The translations under genes were made by a program, and so were the position numbers. The notes beneath the pieces were generated by a model. That model was not told the origin of the DNA. It searched no databases and saw only the letters and a list, made by a program, of their open reading frames with translations. Source: a virus (lineage: Duplodnaviria > Caudoviricetes). Taken from it: a DNA stretch of 64,000 nucleotides. Numbering within the stretch: position 1 is the stretch's first letter; each line of letters starts with the position of its first letter. Location of the stretch: IMG/VR virus record IMGVR_UViG_3300009945_000011, positions 18,847-82,846 of that record; one strand, 5' to 3'. This document shows, in pieces, positions 19,066 through 28,317 of the stretch.

Positions 19066-19182
19066 CTACTTCAGCAGAGACGTTGCCAGCAGAAAGCTTC
19101 CCCACGTAAGTATGATCAAGATGAGTCCCCAGAGGATCGAGATGAGCGACGAAGAGTTCTTGTGCCCTGTATTCCACCGCAT
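19066..19182 (-). CDS. Small membrane peptide (38 aa)
   Basis: Not in track; MRWNTGHKNSSSLISILWGLILIILTWGSFLLATSLLK, one hydrophobic helix, AGGAGGG RBS. Confidence 0.55.
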   Translation of the reverse strand: MRWNTGHKNSSSLISILWGLILIILTWGSFLLATSLLK

Positions 19183-19198
19183 GTCATTCCCTCCTTAT

Positions 19199-19504
19199 TC
19201 AAAATTCAGATGCTGTTCGGCACTCCTGGCACCACTGGAATGCGCGATATGATCCCCAGCTTGAGATAAAACCAACATACTCGCATGAGCGTTGAGAACA
19301 ACGTGGACACGGCCTTGTTTTGGCAATGGTGTTGTCAATCACGTAGACTTCGTAGCATGGTACTCCTTCGATGTATCCCTCCTCTGCGAGCAATTCCACA
19401 AGTTCCTTGCGACTCTCGATGTCATCATACATCCACTTCCTCCAGCAAGTAGCAGGGGCGCTAGCTGTTGGGTCTATGCTAGCGCCCCTATAGAAGCGTG
19501 TCAA
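19199..19504 (-). CDS. Hypothetical zinc-ribbon protein
   Basis: CPRC...CQEC. Confidence 0.6.
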   Translation of the reverse strand: MTRFYRGASIDPTASAPATCWRKWMYDDIESRKELVELLAEEGYIEGVPCYEVYVIDNTIAKTRPCPRCSQRSCEYVGFISSWGSYRAFQWCQECRTASEF

Positions 19505-19513
19505 GTGACGGTA

Positions 19514-20086
19514 TTACTGGCGGTCTCTCAGGAATTTGAGGTAGTCGAGGGTGTCATAGAGCACGATGTTGTTTGCGTACGCATCGCTGTCAAGCTGGTT
19601 GGCAATCTCACTCAATTCCTCATCACTGACATTCTTTGCGATTACTGGGGGGTCTGGGTCGAAGTAGTCGTATGCTGACCATAACCCAGCAATATCATCT
19701 GTGATCTCTGGAGCGTTTTCGACGAACTTCTGCACGTCTTCGATGGCGTCCTCTGCTCCCTCATAGGTGCCGATGACATTGTCGTTGACGATTGCTCGTC
19801 TAAAATGTTTCATGATCTTGTTGAGCGCCTTGTCGAGCGCCCCATTGTTGATGAGGTTGGCAAAGCGAATAGCATCAGTTCTGGCTGGGAGTTCCCAGGC
19901 GAGGACGCGCCTGTACCAGCGCTCCGCTGGAGTTCCCGTGAGGTTTGGCCATGTCTCGATGTATAGGTCGCCTTCCCCTGGATCGAAGATCAACAGAATC
20001 CGCTTGGGAACGACGGGTGACTGGGTGTAGTCTGGTTCGATAAAGGCAGCGGGTGAGTCTGGTTGCTCAATGGTAAACTTTTTCAT
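19514..20086 (-). CDS. Acidic hypothetical protein
   Basis: 190-aa ORF, strong RBS. Confidence 0.65.
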   Translation of the reverse strand: MKKFTIEQPDSPAAFIEPDYTQSPVVPKRILLIFDPGEGDLYIETWPNLTGTPAERWYRRVLAWELPARTDAIRFANLINNGALDKALNKIMKHFRRAIVNDNVIGTYEGAEDAIEDVQKFVENAPEITDDIAGLWSAYDYFDPDPPVIAKNVSDEELSEIANQLDSDAYANNIVLYDTLDYLKFLRDRQ

Positions 20087-20784
20087 TCCTCTTCCACCTC
20101 CTTTGCTACCTGACTATATGGCGGGACATGCGCCCCTCTCCTGGTTCCGTTGTCTCGCAATGTGAGCGGCATGATGAGGCCATCGAACCGTCTGTTTCTG
20201 TGCTGGGCAGCGAGTGCCACTTCCGTTGTATCACTGCTGAAGTGAAATGTTACTGTTGCTGGTAAATGTTTGTCGTGTTCATAGAGCGCGATCACAACGT
20301 CAAGGAGCTTTCGTAGTTTCCTAGCATCCATGCTGCACGAGAAACTAGGTTTTATTTGCTTGAGCAGGTGTTGGTAGTCGGGAGGATCGCGCTGTTCGAT
20401 GTTGACTTTGGTACTGAGCGCACCTTTGCCGTTTTCAGTGACGATGACCCACGCCTCCCCATCGTTTATGAACAGTTGAGCGAACCCGTCCCTGGCCCTT
20501 GCGAGCGCCCTTTTCACGTCGGTGGCGTTGAGTGTTAGTGCTTCATTCTCGTGGTCGGTGATATCTACAGCAGCGAGAACGTAATGATCTGTAGCCCAGG
20601 CTCTTCCATGATCAACGTAGAGATATCGAGAATGATGGAGTTCCTTTTCTGGGCCTGCGGCAATGGCCGCAACGGTTCCGATAACGTGGTCAACGCGCAT
20701 GGGTACCTCCTTCGTCATCATTGTCATCTTGAGGTTTGGTTGAGGTCTACATTGTTGCACCTCCTTTTGCTCATTCTCTGGCAT
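20083..20784 (-). CDS. Beta-clamp-like protein fragment (copy 2)
   Basis: AWATDHYVLAA and DPPDYQHLL resemble DnaN ATDGHRLA and FPDYxRVIP motifs. Confidence 0.55.
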   Translation of the reverse strand: MPENEQKEVQQCRPQPNLKMTMMTKEVPMRVDHVIGTVAAIAAGPEKELHHSRYLYVDHGRAWATDHYVLAAVDITDHENEALTLNATDVKRALARARDGFAQLFINDGEAWVIVTENGKGALSTKVNIEQRDPPDYQHLLKQIKPSFSCSMDARKLRKLLDVVIALYEHDKHLPATVTFHFSSDTTEVALAAQHRNRRFDGLIMPLTLRDNGTRRGAHVPPYSQVAKEVEEE

Positions 20785-21403
20785 CAGCGTTGGTCTTCCA
20801 GATTGTCATAGTCTTTCCTGTCGTCGTGAGCAATTTGGCTTTGTCATAGACCTTGATCCAGTCTCTTTGAAGTGCCTCCTCCTTGGTCAGTCCCTCGAAG
20901 TAGAAGTATTCCTCCCCAAAACTGTCTACATCCCACTGCAACGGAATGCAGAGAACTGTTACTGGCTTGCCCGTTTTCCGTGACGTGTACCAGAGGAGAT
21001 AGGCTGCCCCTCCCATCCCGACGATGTTCTCAAGCTTGAATGTCTCGTATGGAATGTCTAGCCGTTGCAAGACATCGATGAGTGCTGGCTGGTCTGCGCC
21101 GATCTCAATCTCGACGTGTTGCGAAAGACCGATATCGTTTTCCATCGTCTTGTTCCGCTGTTCCGCGACCCATTTTGGGGAGTGCGCCTCCCACACTCCC
21201 CATTGCTTGTAGATGATATGACTCAAGTCTGGGAAGAGATACCCGCCTAGTTCCCGATCTGGCTTTCCGCCAAGCGAGGCGATGATCTGCTGCTCTCGGA
21301 ATACCAGCGGCGATCCCCAGTTGTGCCCTGGTTCCCCATATGGGATGGGGTCGTCTGTCAGCGCGGCGAACTTCTCAAGCGCCTGCTTAGCAAGTGTTTT
21401 CAT
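20771..21403 (-). CDS. Hypothetical protein
   Basis: 210-aa ORF with AGGAGGGG RBS. Confidence 0.65.
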   Translation of the reverse strand: MKTLAKQALEKFAALTDDPIPYGEPGHNWGSPLVFREQQIIASLGGKPDRELGGYLFPDLSHIIYKQWGVWEAHSPKWVAEQRNKTMENDIGLSQHVEIEIGADQPALIDVLQRLDIPYETFKLENIVGMGGAAYLLWYTSRKTGKPVTVLCIPLQWDVDSFGEEYFYFEGLTKEEALQRDWIKVYDKAKLLTTTGKTMTIWKTNADARE

Positions 21404-21418
21404 CGGCCCCTCCTTGTC

Positions 21419-21643
21419 CTACAGTGCCGTGATTTCAATTGTGTGATTAGCTGGGGCTTGCTGTCCTTGGAACCAGAGGTAGCCGTTTTCGTCGATCTCC
21501 CAGTCGGCGGCTGTTGCCGTCTCCCACTCAGTTTCCGTGTAGCAAGCATATCCCCCGTTGGTCCTGACGCACATGACCTCGATGGTTTCTGTTACTCCAT
21601 CGCTACTCGTGAGCATGATACGGTGTGTTGGCGTGAATTCCAT
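21419..21643 (-). CDS. Small hypothetical protein
   Basis: Start reassigned to MEFTPTH from AAAGGAG RBS. Confidence 0.65.
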   Translation of the reverse strand: MEFTPTHRIMLTSSDGVTETIEVMCVRTNGGYACYTETEWETATAADWEIDENGYLWFQGQQAPANHTIEITAL

Positions 21644-21660
21644 CTGGTAATTCTCCTTTC

Positions 21661-21882
21661 TCAATCCCACTCGTGAAGCCAGTGCCACGCTTGGTCAAGT
21701 TCATCCTTGGTTATATGGCCAGTGAATTCCCAGGCCGTTTGTTCCACGCGCTTGGTGTCAACCCGCTGAAGCTCGTCCTGGTAATCGCTGTAATGCAGCG
21801 GGCCGCTAAGCCGCAACGTGTTCTGGTCAACCACGTAGGTATCACCGTACATCTTGTGTTGAATGAGCGCAAACCGTGGCAT
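21661..21882 (-). CDS. Small hypothetical protein
   Basis: Start reassigned to MPRFALI from AAGGAGG RBS. Confidence 0.65.
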   Translation of the reverse strand: MPRFALIQHKMYGDTYVVDQNTLRLSGPLHYSDYQDELQRVDTKRVEQTAWEFTGHITKDELDQAWHWLHEWD

Positions 21883-21916
21883 TGTTTTCCCCTCCTTGCT
21901 TGCCTGTGCAGGCATC

Positions 21917-22069
21917 CTACTTCTCGACGGTTTCGTACTCGCTATTGAGGTACACTGTTACTCCCTTGAAGGTGGCTTCAATGTAGTCGGCAATGTTGTG
22001 GGCAGTGAACGCGGCCTCGTCTTCGTTGTCAGCTTCGAACTCGATCTCAATGGGCACGACGTACTTCAT
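21917..22069 (-). CDS. Small acidic protein (50 aa)
   Basis: Not in track; MKYVVPIEIEFEADNEDEAAFTAHNIADYIEATFKGVTVYLNSEYETVEK, AAAGGAGGGG RBS. Confidence 0.65.
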   Translation of the reverse strand: MKYVVPIEIEFEADNEDEAAFTAHNIADYIEATFKGVTVYLNSEYETVEK

Positions 22070-22251
22070 GGTTTCTCCCCTCCTTTCTCGTTATTACCGC
22101 CGTCCTTGATCCCTTTCCAGAATGACCAGATGATGCAGTCACACTCCTCAACAGCGCCGATGATTTTACTCATGATCTCGTGAAGGAGTTGTTCGTCGAT
22201 CTCTTCGCCATCTGATCGCTCGATCAGCGCGTCGATTTGGAGCGTTCTCAT
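22066..22251 (-). CDS. Small acidic protein
   Basis: 61 aa, AGGAG RBS, ATGA overlap with next gene. Confidence 0.65.
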   Translation of the reverse strand: MRTLQIDALIERSDGEEIDEQLLHEIMSKIIGAVEECDCIIWSFWKGIKDGGNNEKGGEKP

Positions 22252-22260
22252 TGTTTCTCC

Positions 22261-23433
22261 CTAGACTGGTACTACTCTCGTGAGTATCGTTTGCGCAATC
22301 CCATTATGATAACTATGCTCCTTGACCGTGGCCTTGATTGTCACTTCCCCCTTCTCGTCTATCCAGTCTGGTGACGTGGCTGTCCACCAGGCAAGGATAT
22401 TCCCGTTCTCGTCAACCATCTTCACAAGATGCCGAGTTGATTCCCACCACTCTCTTGGCGGGAAGGTTAGGACTCCAGTGATGCGTACGACAAGCGTGAC
22501 TCGCTGTCCGATCTCGCCGACATGTCGCTTTATGTACTTCGTGGCCTCTTGTGTTTTGGCATTGATGTATGCCTGGATGATATAGGCAGCAATGCCGATC
22601 TTCTCCCTGTCAACAATATCGAGCGAGGCTATAATCTGCAAGTTATGCTCGAAGTTCGTCGCTGGTTCGATTGACTTCGCCCAGGCAAGAGCCTGTTCTG
22701 CGAGTTTGATGTCCTTTTTCTCGATAATGATCCCCCTGCTCGTCTCTTCTTCCCTGAAAATCTTATCCTTCACATAGAGCCAAGCCGTATCGGCAGTTGA
22801 TTCAAACTCGTGCTTTTTCTTGCTTTTGAAGCCGTAGGTTCTCGTCATGAGAGCCACAGCGCTGAGAAATCCCACGATTGGTTCGGTATTGTTGATCTGG
22901 GTCTTGCCAAGATAACCCTCATCCTCAGCGCTGTATGCCTCTCGGCTGATTTGTGAGAGCCATTCTGCTTGTTCAGCAAGGTCCTCGGCACTCTCACTGC
23001 CGAGGTAATCGGCGAGACAGTTGCGCCCTACTTGAATCCATTGTCCCTCCTCGTTGAATAAGACGAAAACTTCCTTGCGTGTTCTCTTCTTATTGCAGTG
23101 TTCACAGAACGCCTCCCTCTGGTAGAACTGTTTTGGTATGTCTTCCACGGGTGGTACAAGCTTGATGAGATTGCCTGCGCTTGTTGGCTCGATGATCGCG
23201 GCAAAGGTCCAGCCATTGAGTTTTGGGACACTGCCTGTTACTTCGACGGTATAGTAGAGCCTGCGAAATGGGTAGACCTCGTTTCCGAGTTCATCCGTGA
23301 CTGTTTCCCACTCTGTCTTGATGACGCTAAGTGTGGCAGGGTTGCAGCCTAATTTTTTCGCACGCTTGTTGAGAGATTTGATCTTTTCCTGGAGATGAGG
23401 CAGGTTGACATCTGGGATGGTATAGTGCGGCAT
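22261..23433 (-). CDS. Phage early protein with C-terminal OB-fold-like domain
   Basis: CEHC pair; C-terminus HVGEIGQRVTLVVRI...KATVKEHSYHNGIAQTILTRV resembles an OB fold. Confidence 0.6.
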   Translation of the reverse strand: MPHYTIPDVNLPHLQEKIKSLNKRAKKLGCNPATLSVIKTEWETVTDELGNEVYPFRRLYYTVEVTGSVPKLNGWTFAAIIEPTSAGNLIKLVPPVEDIPKQFYQREAFCEHCNKKRTRKEVFVLFNEEGQWIQVGRNCLADYLGSESAEDLAEQAEWLSQISREAYSAEDEGYLGKTQINNTEPIVGFLSAVALMTRTYGFKSKKKHEFESTADTAWLYVKDKIFREEETSRGIIIEKKDIKLAEQALAWAKSIEPATNFEHNLQIIASLDIVDREKIGIAAYIIQAYINAKTQEATKYIKRHVGEIGQRVTLVVRITGVLTFPPREWWESTRHLVKMVDENGNILAWWTATSPDWIDEKGEVTIKATVKEHSYHNGIAQTILTRVVPV

Positions 23434-23513
23434 TGTGCCCTCCGTCGTCGGCTGCGCTGGTGCTGCCCTATCTATCGTTGTTTCTCTCGTTGCGTGTACC
23501 TGTCCCCTTGTGC

Positions 23514-24206
23514 TTAGTTGTTAGCGTGGGCCTTCCTTCGTTCCAGTAGCTCGGCCTCAATGTGTTGCAACTCTTCGTCGCGATCGACGATCTCCCCACC
23601 AAAAACCCTTTTGTTGAGGTAGAACAGGTCGCTCAAGCGCTCTGGTTTCTCTGTCGCGAGTTTACGGCCTGACGAGGCCCACTCAATATAAATATCGCCT
23701 GACGATTTGACATTGATGTAGATAATCGGGCGGCCTGGCTTTCTGCCAGTGCCCTCAGCGATAATTTGCCCCCATCCGTACTCATCGTCATTATCAGGCC
23801 CAACGAATAACCTTATGACTCGCGGAACCACGGCTGACGGCACTTCGTGCAGTTGATAACGTCCATCAGATTCTTGCATAAGCGTTCCGAGATATACCGT
23901 CTCGTTCGGGTTTGGACCAGCGTACACTGTTAGATCCAATTGGGAGTTGTCGGCGGTAATTGCCACTCTCCTGCCCATGGTTGTATAATTGATGGTGTTG
24001 CCGTCAAGTCTCCAATACGCAAATGGGCCAGGAAGCCTGATTTGTTTTGCTTCCTGTTCCTCAAGATACTGCTGTAACCGTTCACTTGCAGCCGCGTGCC
24101 AATCCGCCAGCGTGGTACATGCGGCTGCCTGCTCAGGAGTAATACTCATCGCGTGGCCGAGTGAAAGAGCAATAGCATTGACTAATGACGGCATGTGGTA
24201 CTTCAT
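23514..24206 (-). CDS. Hypothetical early protein
   Basis: First gene downstream of promoter P1, AGGAGGT RBS. Confidence 0.65.
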   Translation of the reverse strand: MKYHMPSLVNAIALSLGHAMSITPEQAAACTTLADWHAAASERLQQYLEEQEAKQIRLPGPFAYWRLDGNTINYTTMGRRVAITADNSQLDLTVYAGPNPNETVYLGTLMQESDGRYQLHEVPSAVVPRVIRLFVGPDNDDEYGWGQIIAEGTGRKPGRPIIYINVKSSGDIYIEWASSGRKLATEKPERLSDLFYLNKRVFGGEIVDRDEELQHIEAELLERRKAHANN

Positions 24207-24330
24207 CTCTCATACCTCCTTGTCTAAACCAGTGACAAGCTATCCTTGCCACGGTAGCCAGCGGGGCATCCGATGCCCAGCTTCGCGCCTGGTCGCTGGC
24301 TCTCTGGTGCCGTCGCCACCTGACAGCAAC

Positions 24331-24359
24331 AGGCTAGCGCAGCCGTTAGCCCCCGTCAA
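24331..24359 (-). promoter_or_regulatory. Early sigma70 promoter P1
   Basis: TTGACG-17 bp-TAGCCT on the minus strand. Confidence 0.8.
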
Positions 24360-24397
24360 GAGGTGAGCCGTGCCGAGTTGCCAATCCTCAGGTGTTT

Positions 24398-24697
24398 TTA
24401 GATGGCCCCCCAACCGTCGTTGCCCCAGCGGTTTGTCTGTTCTGTCTCTAGGACGATGACGTGTCCTCGTGGGTCCCCTTGGAATCTTACCTTGAGACCA
24501 TATTGTGCCAGTAAGTCAGTGATCTTTTGCTTGGACGCGCTGTACTGGCGCTGTTCTTGTTCTGTCAAGTCGCGGGTGCAGTACGCCTCGGCCAGGGTTC
24601 GAATCTTTTTGGCGTGCCAGATGAAGCTTCGAATCTGGCTGTACCGCATGCCAGCGTTCTCTAGGATATCCGTGGTTCCTGGTTCTATTCTCGCCAC
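24398..24697 (-). CDS. Hypothetical early protein (GDPRG motif)
   Basis: 99 aa, AAAGGAGG RBS. Confidence 0.7.
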   Translation of the reverse strand: MARIEPGTTDILENAGMRYSQIRSFIWHAKKIRTLAEAYCTRDLTEQEQRQYSASKQKITDLLAQYGLKVRFQGDPRGHVIVLETEQTNRWGNDGWGAI

Positions 24698-24698
24698 G

Positions 24699-25487
24699 TT
24701 ATGCCTCCTTTCCGATGATACCGAGATGGCTTTTATGCTCGCCGAAGCAGCCGTTCCAGAGTGTCCACTGGATAGTGAAGTAGCTCAAATCGGGTACACA
24801 GCGGGTGCACCACGCAATCATATCTCCCTCTGTTAGACGGTATCCAGGCTCTGTTGTGGATACCGTAACTTGCGGTGAGTGACCTTGGATGTTGAGAATG
24901 AGCCGTAACATCCAGGAGTCAAGCGTGAAGACAGGCAACGTATCGTCCCAGAGGGCCAGGGCCATGGCGATCGTTTTACTCCCCATGCCCTTGAAGGATG
25001 CGAGTGTTTCGTAGGTGAATGTCTTGTGTGGATTGCCCCTGAGCCAGCCAAGGGCCTTGCGAATGTTTCTGGCTTTGGTATGGCCGAGATTGACAAGCCG
25101 CAGCTTGCCTTTGCCCTTGTACGGCACCGTGAGGCTCCTGGTAATTGTTTCGGGATCATCGAGACGATCCCAGTTTTCCATGATTTGCGATAGCGCAAGC
25201 ACATTTTCTGTGAAGTTACATTGCGGGCTAATCAGTGCGAACAGAAAGCATCGCCGTGCATAGTCCAGTGGATATTGTGACTTATACTCCTGGAGCGCCG
25301 TGATCTCGGCCCTCACAGGCTCGCTGTTGTCTTTGACGAATTCGACGAGTTCGGGCAGGTCTCTTGTTGATATACCATAGACCGACTTCGCCTGCTTGAA
25401 GGTCCATTTGATCTCTTTATATCCGTTATTCTTGTTTTGCAGGGCCACGAGGGGAGCGAATATTTCGTGTGACGTCCCGTATTTCAT
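24699..25487 (-). CDS. HhH-GPD superfamily DNA glycosylase-like protein
   Basis: FALISPQ, HhH LASFKGMGSKT with Lys, VFTLDSWMLR with Asp, C-terminal IQWTLW. Confidence 0.65.
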   Translation of the reverse strand: MKYGTSHEIFAPLVALQNKNNGYKEIKWTFKQAKSVYGISTRDLPELVEFVKDNSEPVRAEITALQEYKSQYPLDYARRCFLFALISPQCNFTENVLALSQIMENWDRLDDPETITRSLTVPYKGKGKLRLVNLGHTKARNIRKALGWLRGNPHKTFTYETLASFKGMGSKTIAMALALWDDTLPVFTLDSWMLRLILNIQGHSPQVTVSTTEPGYRLTEGDMIAWCTRCVPDLSYFTIQWTLWNGCFGEHKSHLGIIGKEA

Positions 25488-25546
25488 GGCTAACCCTCTT
25501 TATGCCGTGGCAGCGATCTGCTTTCCCGTCGCTATACCATCCTGCA

Positions 25547-25577
25547 AACAAATGGGAGCGCCACGATTGACGCTCCC
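25547..25577 (-). terminator. Probable intrinsic terminator
   Basis: GGGAGCG/CGCTCCC stem followed by ATTTGTTT on the minus strand. Confidence 0.5.
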
Positions 25578-25602
25578 ACTCATCCCATGACTACGTTGTG
25601 AT

Positions 25603-25932
25603 TTAGGCGATAGGCATTGCCTCCTTTCGTACTGGCACCACAACGATGGTGCTACTATGTCCAACAAACATGTGCGTGTCTGGTGACGATTTTAGTGCGT
25701 CACCAAGAGCACACACGAGGTTATCACTTGGTAGGTTATGTGTGATCCTCACCAGGATATCATCGGTGCCAGGAATCTTGTATGCCTTGGCGCCGTACCA
25801 CAGTGCCATTCGCAGCTTCGATGCGTTGATGCCCAGATTTTCAATATCATCATAGATAGTGCCAAGGTCGTGCTCCGTGATTTCTTGGCCGTTTTCCTTG
25901 ATGAGAGACAGGTAATCCAGGTATGTATTCAT
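25603..25932 (-). CDS. Hypothetical early protein
   Basis: 109 aa, ATGA overlap with upstream gene. Confidence 0.65.
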   Translation of the reverse strand: MNTYLDYLSLIKENGQEITEHDLGTIYDDIENLGINASKLRMALWYGAKAYKIPGTDDILVRITHNLPSDNLVCALGDALKSSPDTHMFVGHSSTIVVVPVRKEAMPIA

Positions 25933-26447
25933 TCTTTAGTGCTCCTTTCATGATTTTGCGTAAATTCAGAAAGAACTTGTTGTAACTCCTCAGGAGTTAG
26001 TGCCTGGAGAGCGGCACGTGCAGCAGCAATGCTTGGTGAGACCTCTTGTGATTTCTGCACGATGTAAAGAGCCATTGCATACGGCTCTGAGTTAGCCGCT
26101 TTGGCTCGGTAATTTTCTGGTATATTCTCTTCATTGACAGTGGCCTTGATCTCTTCTGGTGTGATATACCGCACACCATCGTTCGTTGCCTGGAAGATAG
26201 CGTAGATGTACGAGCGGCGTCTATTGCTTCCTGCTTCTGTGGCCGCGATCAAATAAGCATTTTCTGGGACTGCGACCGTTGATCCCCAGCGAACAAACTC
26301 ACTGGTGATCGCGTAAGCGCCTTGTTTCGAAAGATCGATCTCCTTGGGGCTTCTGATAACTTTCGCCCACTGTCTCCAGCGGCGGTCGTACTCAAGCCTC
26401 GAACCAAGCTCGTTTAGGAATTTTGCTGATATTTCGACCAGTGCCAC
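25929..26447 (-). CDS. Hypothetical early protein
   Basis: 172 aa, AAGGAG RBS, GTG start. Confidence 0.65.
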   Translation of the reverse strand: MALVEISAKFLNELGSRLEYDRRWRQWAKVIRSPKEIDLSKQGAYAITSEFVRWGSTVAVPENAYLIAATEAGSNRRRSYIYAIFQATNDGVRYITPEEIKATVNEENIPENYRAKAANSEPYAMALYIVQKSQEVSPSIAAARAALQALTPEELQQVLSEFTQNHERSTKE

Positions 26448-26506
26448 TGCTGCGCTCCTTTCTTTGGTGCCCTACCCTGGTTCCATTGTGAATCTGCTTC
26501 TTACCC

Positions 26507-27118
26507 CTATCCGCGGTTCATACCATGGGATGAGGACGAAAGCATGTGGGCTGGTGCCTTTGATTTCGGTACCCTCTTGCCGTGTCGGCGAAGTGCATTA
26601 GCTACACGCTCATATGCCTTTGCCTCAACTCGGCTGTACTCTTCCTCGGCAATCTTTCGCACTTCCCACTTGATTGCCGAGATCGCATCGGCCAGTAATA
26701 ATTTCTCACTCACATCATCGGACTCGGCGTGGAAGTGTCTCAGGAGTTCCACTGCAACCATAAGCGGCTCTAGCTCTGTGTAATAGATCGAGGCATTTGG
26801 GTTTCGTTTCTGATCAAGTGCTTCGGTAATCCGCTGTACATGCCCTATCTGACCTTCAACCAGGCAGGCATGATACAGTTGCGTGGTGAGTAAGCTAGCA
26901 GCCCACTCGACACTTGTTCGTAAACCAGATTTTTGCATTGCCGTCCTAAATGGGCATGCGTACATAATTCTTAGTGCTGGAATGAGAACGTTTTCAAGAT
27001 CAGGCAGTGCCTTTCTATGCGCTGTGTTTGTCCATGGTGACAACATGTTCCGCTGTCTCCTTTCACAATATTCTGTGCAGCCCCGATTATGACGGCTGGG
27101 CTGCTTCGATGCGGCCAT
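26507..27118 (-). CDS. Hypothetical early protein
   Basis: 203-aa ORF; true start possibly MLSPWT. Confidence 0.55.
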   Translation of the reverse strand: MAASKQPSRHNRGCTEYCERRQRNMLSPWTNTAHRKALPDLENVLIPALRIMYACPFRTAMQKSGLRTSVEWAASLLTTQLYHACLVEGQIGHVQRITEALDQKRNPNASIYYTELEPLMVAVELLRHFHAESDDVSEKLLLADAISAIKWEVRKIAEEEYSRVEAKAYERVANALRRHGKRVPKSKAPAHMLSSSSHGMNRG

Positions 27119-27203
27119 AACACAAGCCGCATCTTCTTATGAGTTATCCCATTACTTTGGCCAGCGTGGATAATTATTTCGTGGAATCACGACCTCCCTC
27201 ACC

Positions 27204-27332
27204 TTATACTGTAGTGGCCGTGATTCCTCGATAAATTTGATGATATAAAATAGGAGCGTTATAATCCCCATTGTGTGCTCCTTTCTCGCATCCATTATGT
27301 TTGAATAAATGAGGAATTTGACGTATAGGCAT
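27204..27332 (-). CDS. Small protein (42 aa), first ORF after P2
   Basis: Not in track; AAGGAGGT RBS then MPIRQIPHLFKHNGCEKGAHNGDYNAPILYHQIYRGITATTV. Confidence 0.5.
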   Translation of the reverse strand: MPIRQIPHLFKHNGCEKGAHNGDYNAPILYHQIYRGITATTV

Positions 27333-27410
27333 CACCTCCTTTCTCTCTTATCAATGACTGGTATTGATTCCCCAGTCCGTCCTGGCGGCCCGTCGCCACC
27401 TGACGGCAAC

Positions 27411-27439
27411 AGACTAGCGCGGCAGCTAGCCGTTGTCAA
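27411..27439 (-). promoter_or_regulatory. Early sigma70 promoter P2
   Basis: TTGACA-17 bp-TAGTCT. Confidence 0.82.
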
Positions 27440-27745
27440 GGGGTAAGGCGGGGCGAGTTGCCAATCCTAAGCGGCTATAAGCTGTGCTAGGGATTGGCTA
27501 ATGATGGCACGTGGGTTTGTGTTTGGGATGCCCTCATCACGTGCCGAAGTACGCCGTTATGTTCTCATGTGATTGGAACGTTGCTCGTGGCTGCGGCCAG
27601 GATGGCGCGTATTTGGCACGTGTACTATTGGGGTAGTCCTTATCGCGCCTATATTGCCAGCACTCTCTCCTCGCCGCTATTGCCAGTGTTGTCACGAATG
27701 TTTGGCAAAGACTAAAGATAGAAGCCCGTTATTTGTGGTCCCCAT

Positions 27746-27784
27746 AAAAATAAAAAAGGCCGCGGGCTGTGTGAACCCGCGGCT
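27746..27784 (-). terminator. Intrinsic terminator (inverted member of the TGTGT-loop hairpin family)
   Basis: AGCCGCGGG/CCCGCGGCC stem followed by TTTTTTATTTTT on the minus strand. Confidence 0.8.
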
Positions 27785-27789
27785 ACGGA

Positions 27790-28107
27790 CTATGCCCAGC
27801 TAACCAAACCCTTGCAGCCTATCGGCTGCCCATCTGGTCCCCTGACAAGTTCGCCAGGGGACAAAACATCAGGCCGCTTTACGGCCTGGGCCACTAACGT
27901 GGAAACGAGATAGAAAGTATCGGGCCGTGGCTCTGGTAATCCCACAACATCCCCATATACAGTTTTGTATATGGGGATGCCATCAATTATTCCGACAACC
28001 TCGGCGGTTGTCGAAACTCTGGCTACGTCGCCACTTTTTGGGATGGTGGTTGTGCCACCATCCCGTACAATGGTGATATCATGCGGTGTAAGATTGATGA
28101 TATGCAT
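27790..28107 (-). CDS. NLTPH-motif small protein, candidate ring nuclease / anti-CRISPR
   Basis: MHIINLTPH...SGDVARVS...GLPEP...YLVSTLVAQ...RPDVLSP...VRGPDGQPIGCKGL; family pattern clear, functional label from memory only. Confidence 0.5.
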   Translation of the reverse strand: MHIINLTPHDITIVRDGGTTTIPKSGDVARVSTTAEVVGIIDGIPIYKTVYGDVVGLPEPRPDTFYLVSTLVAQAVKRPDVLSPGELVRGPDGQPIGCKGLVSWA

Positions 28108-28142
28108 AATGTTGTGCTCCTTTCTAGGGAGTCATGGCCTCC

Positions 28143-28268
28143 CTAACTCTCGTCCTTGAATCCGCACCAGGGGCAGATAGAGCCCCTGGTGATAATATAC
28201 CCGCAGTAGCCGCAGTATGTCTGTGGCCATCTCCACCGTCTATACCTTTTGATAAGTTTCTTTATCAC
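28143..28268 (-). CDS. Small basic zinc-ribbon protein (41 aa)
   Basis: GTG start after hairpin and AAGGAGG; CGYC...CPWC. Confidence 0.65.
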   Translation of the reverse strand: MIKKLIKRYRRWRWPQTYCGYCGYIITRGSICPWCGFKDES

Positions 28269-28279
28269 GTTTCCTCCTT

Positions 28280-28306
28280 GGCCACGGGCTAACACAGCCC
28301 GTGGCC
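28280..28306 (-). repeat. TGTGT-loop hairpin, copy 1
   Basis: GGCCACGGGCT-GTGTT-AGCCCGTGGCC directly 5' of AAGGAGG. Confidence 0.85.
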
Positions 28307-28317
28307 ATAGACTACTA

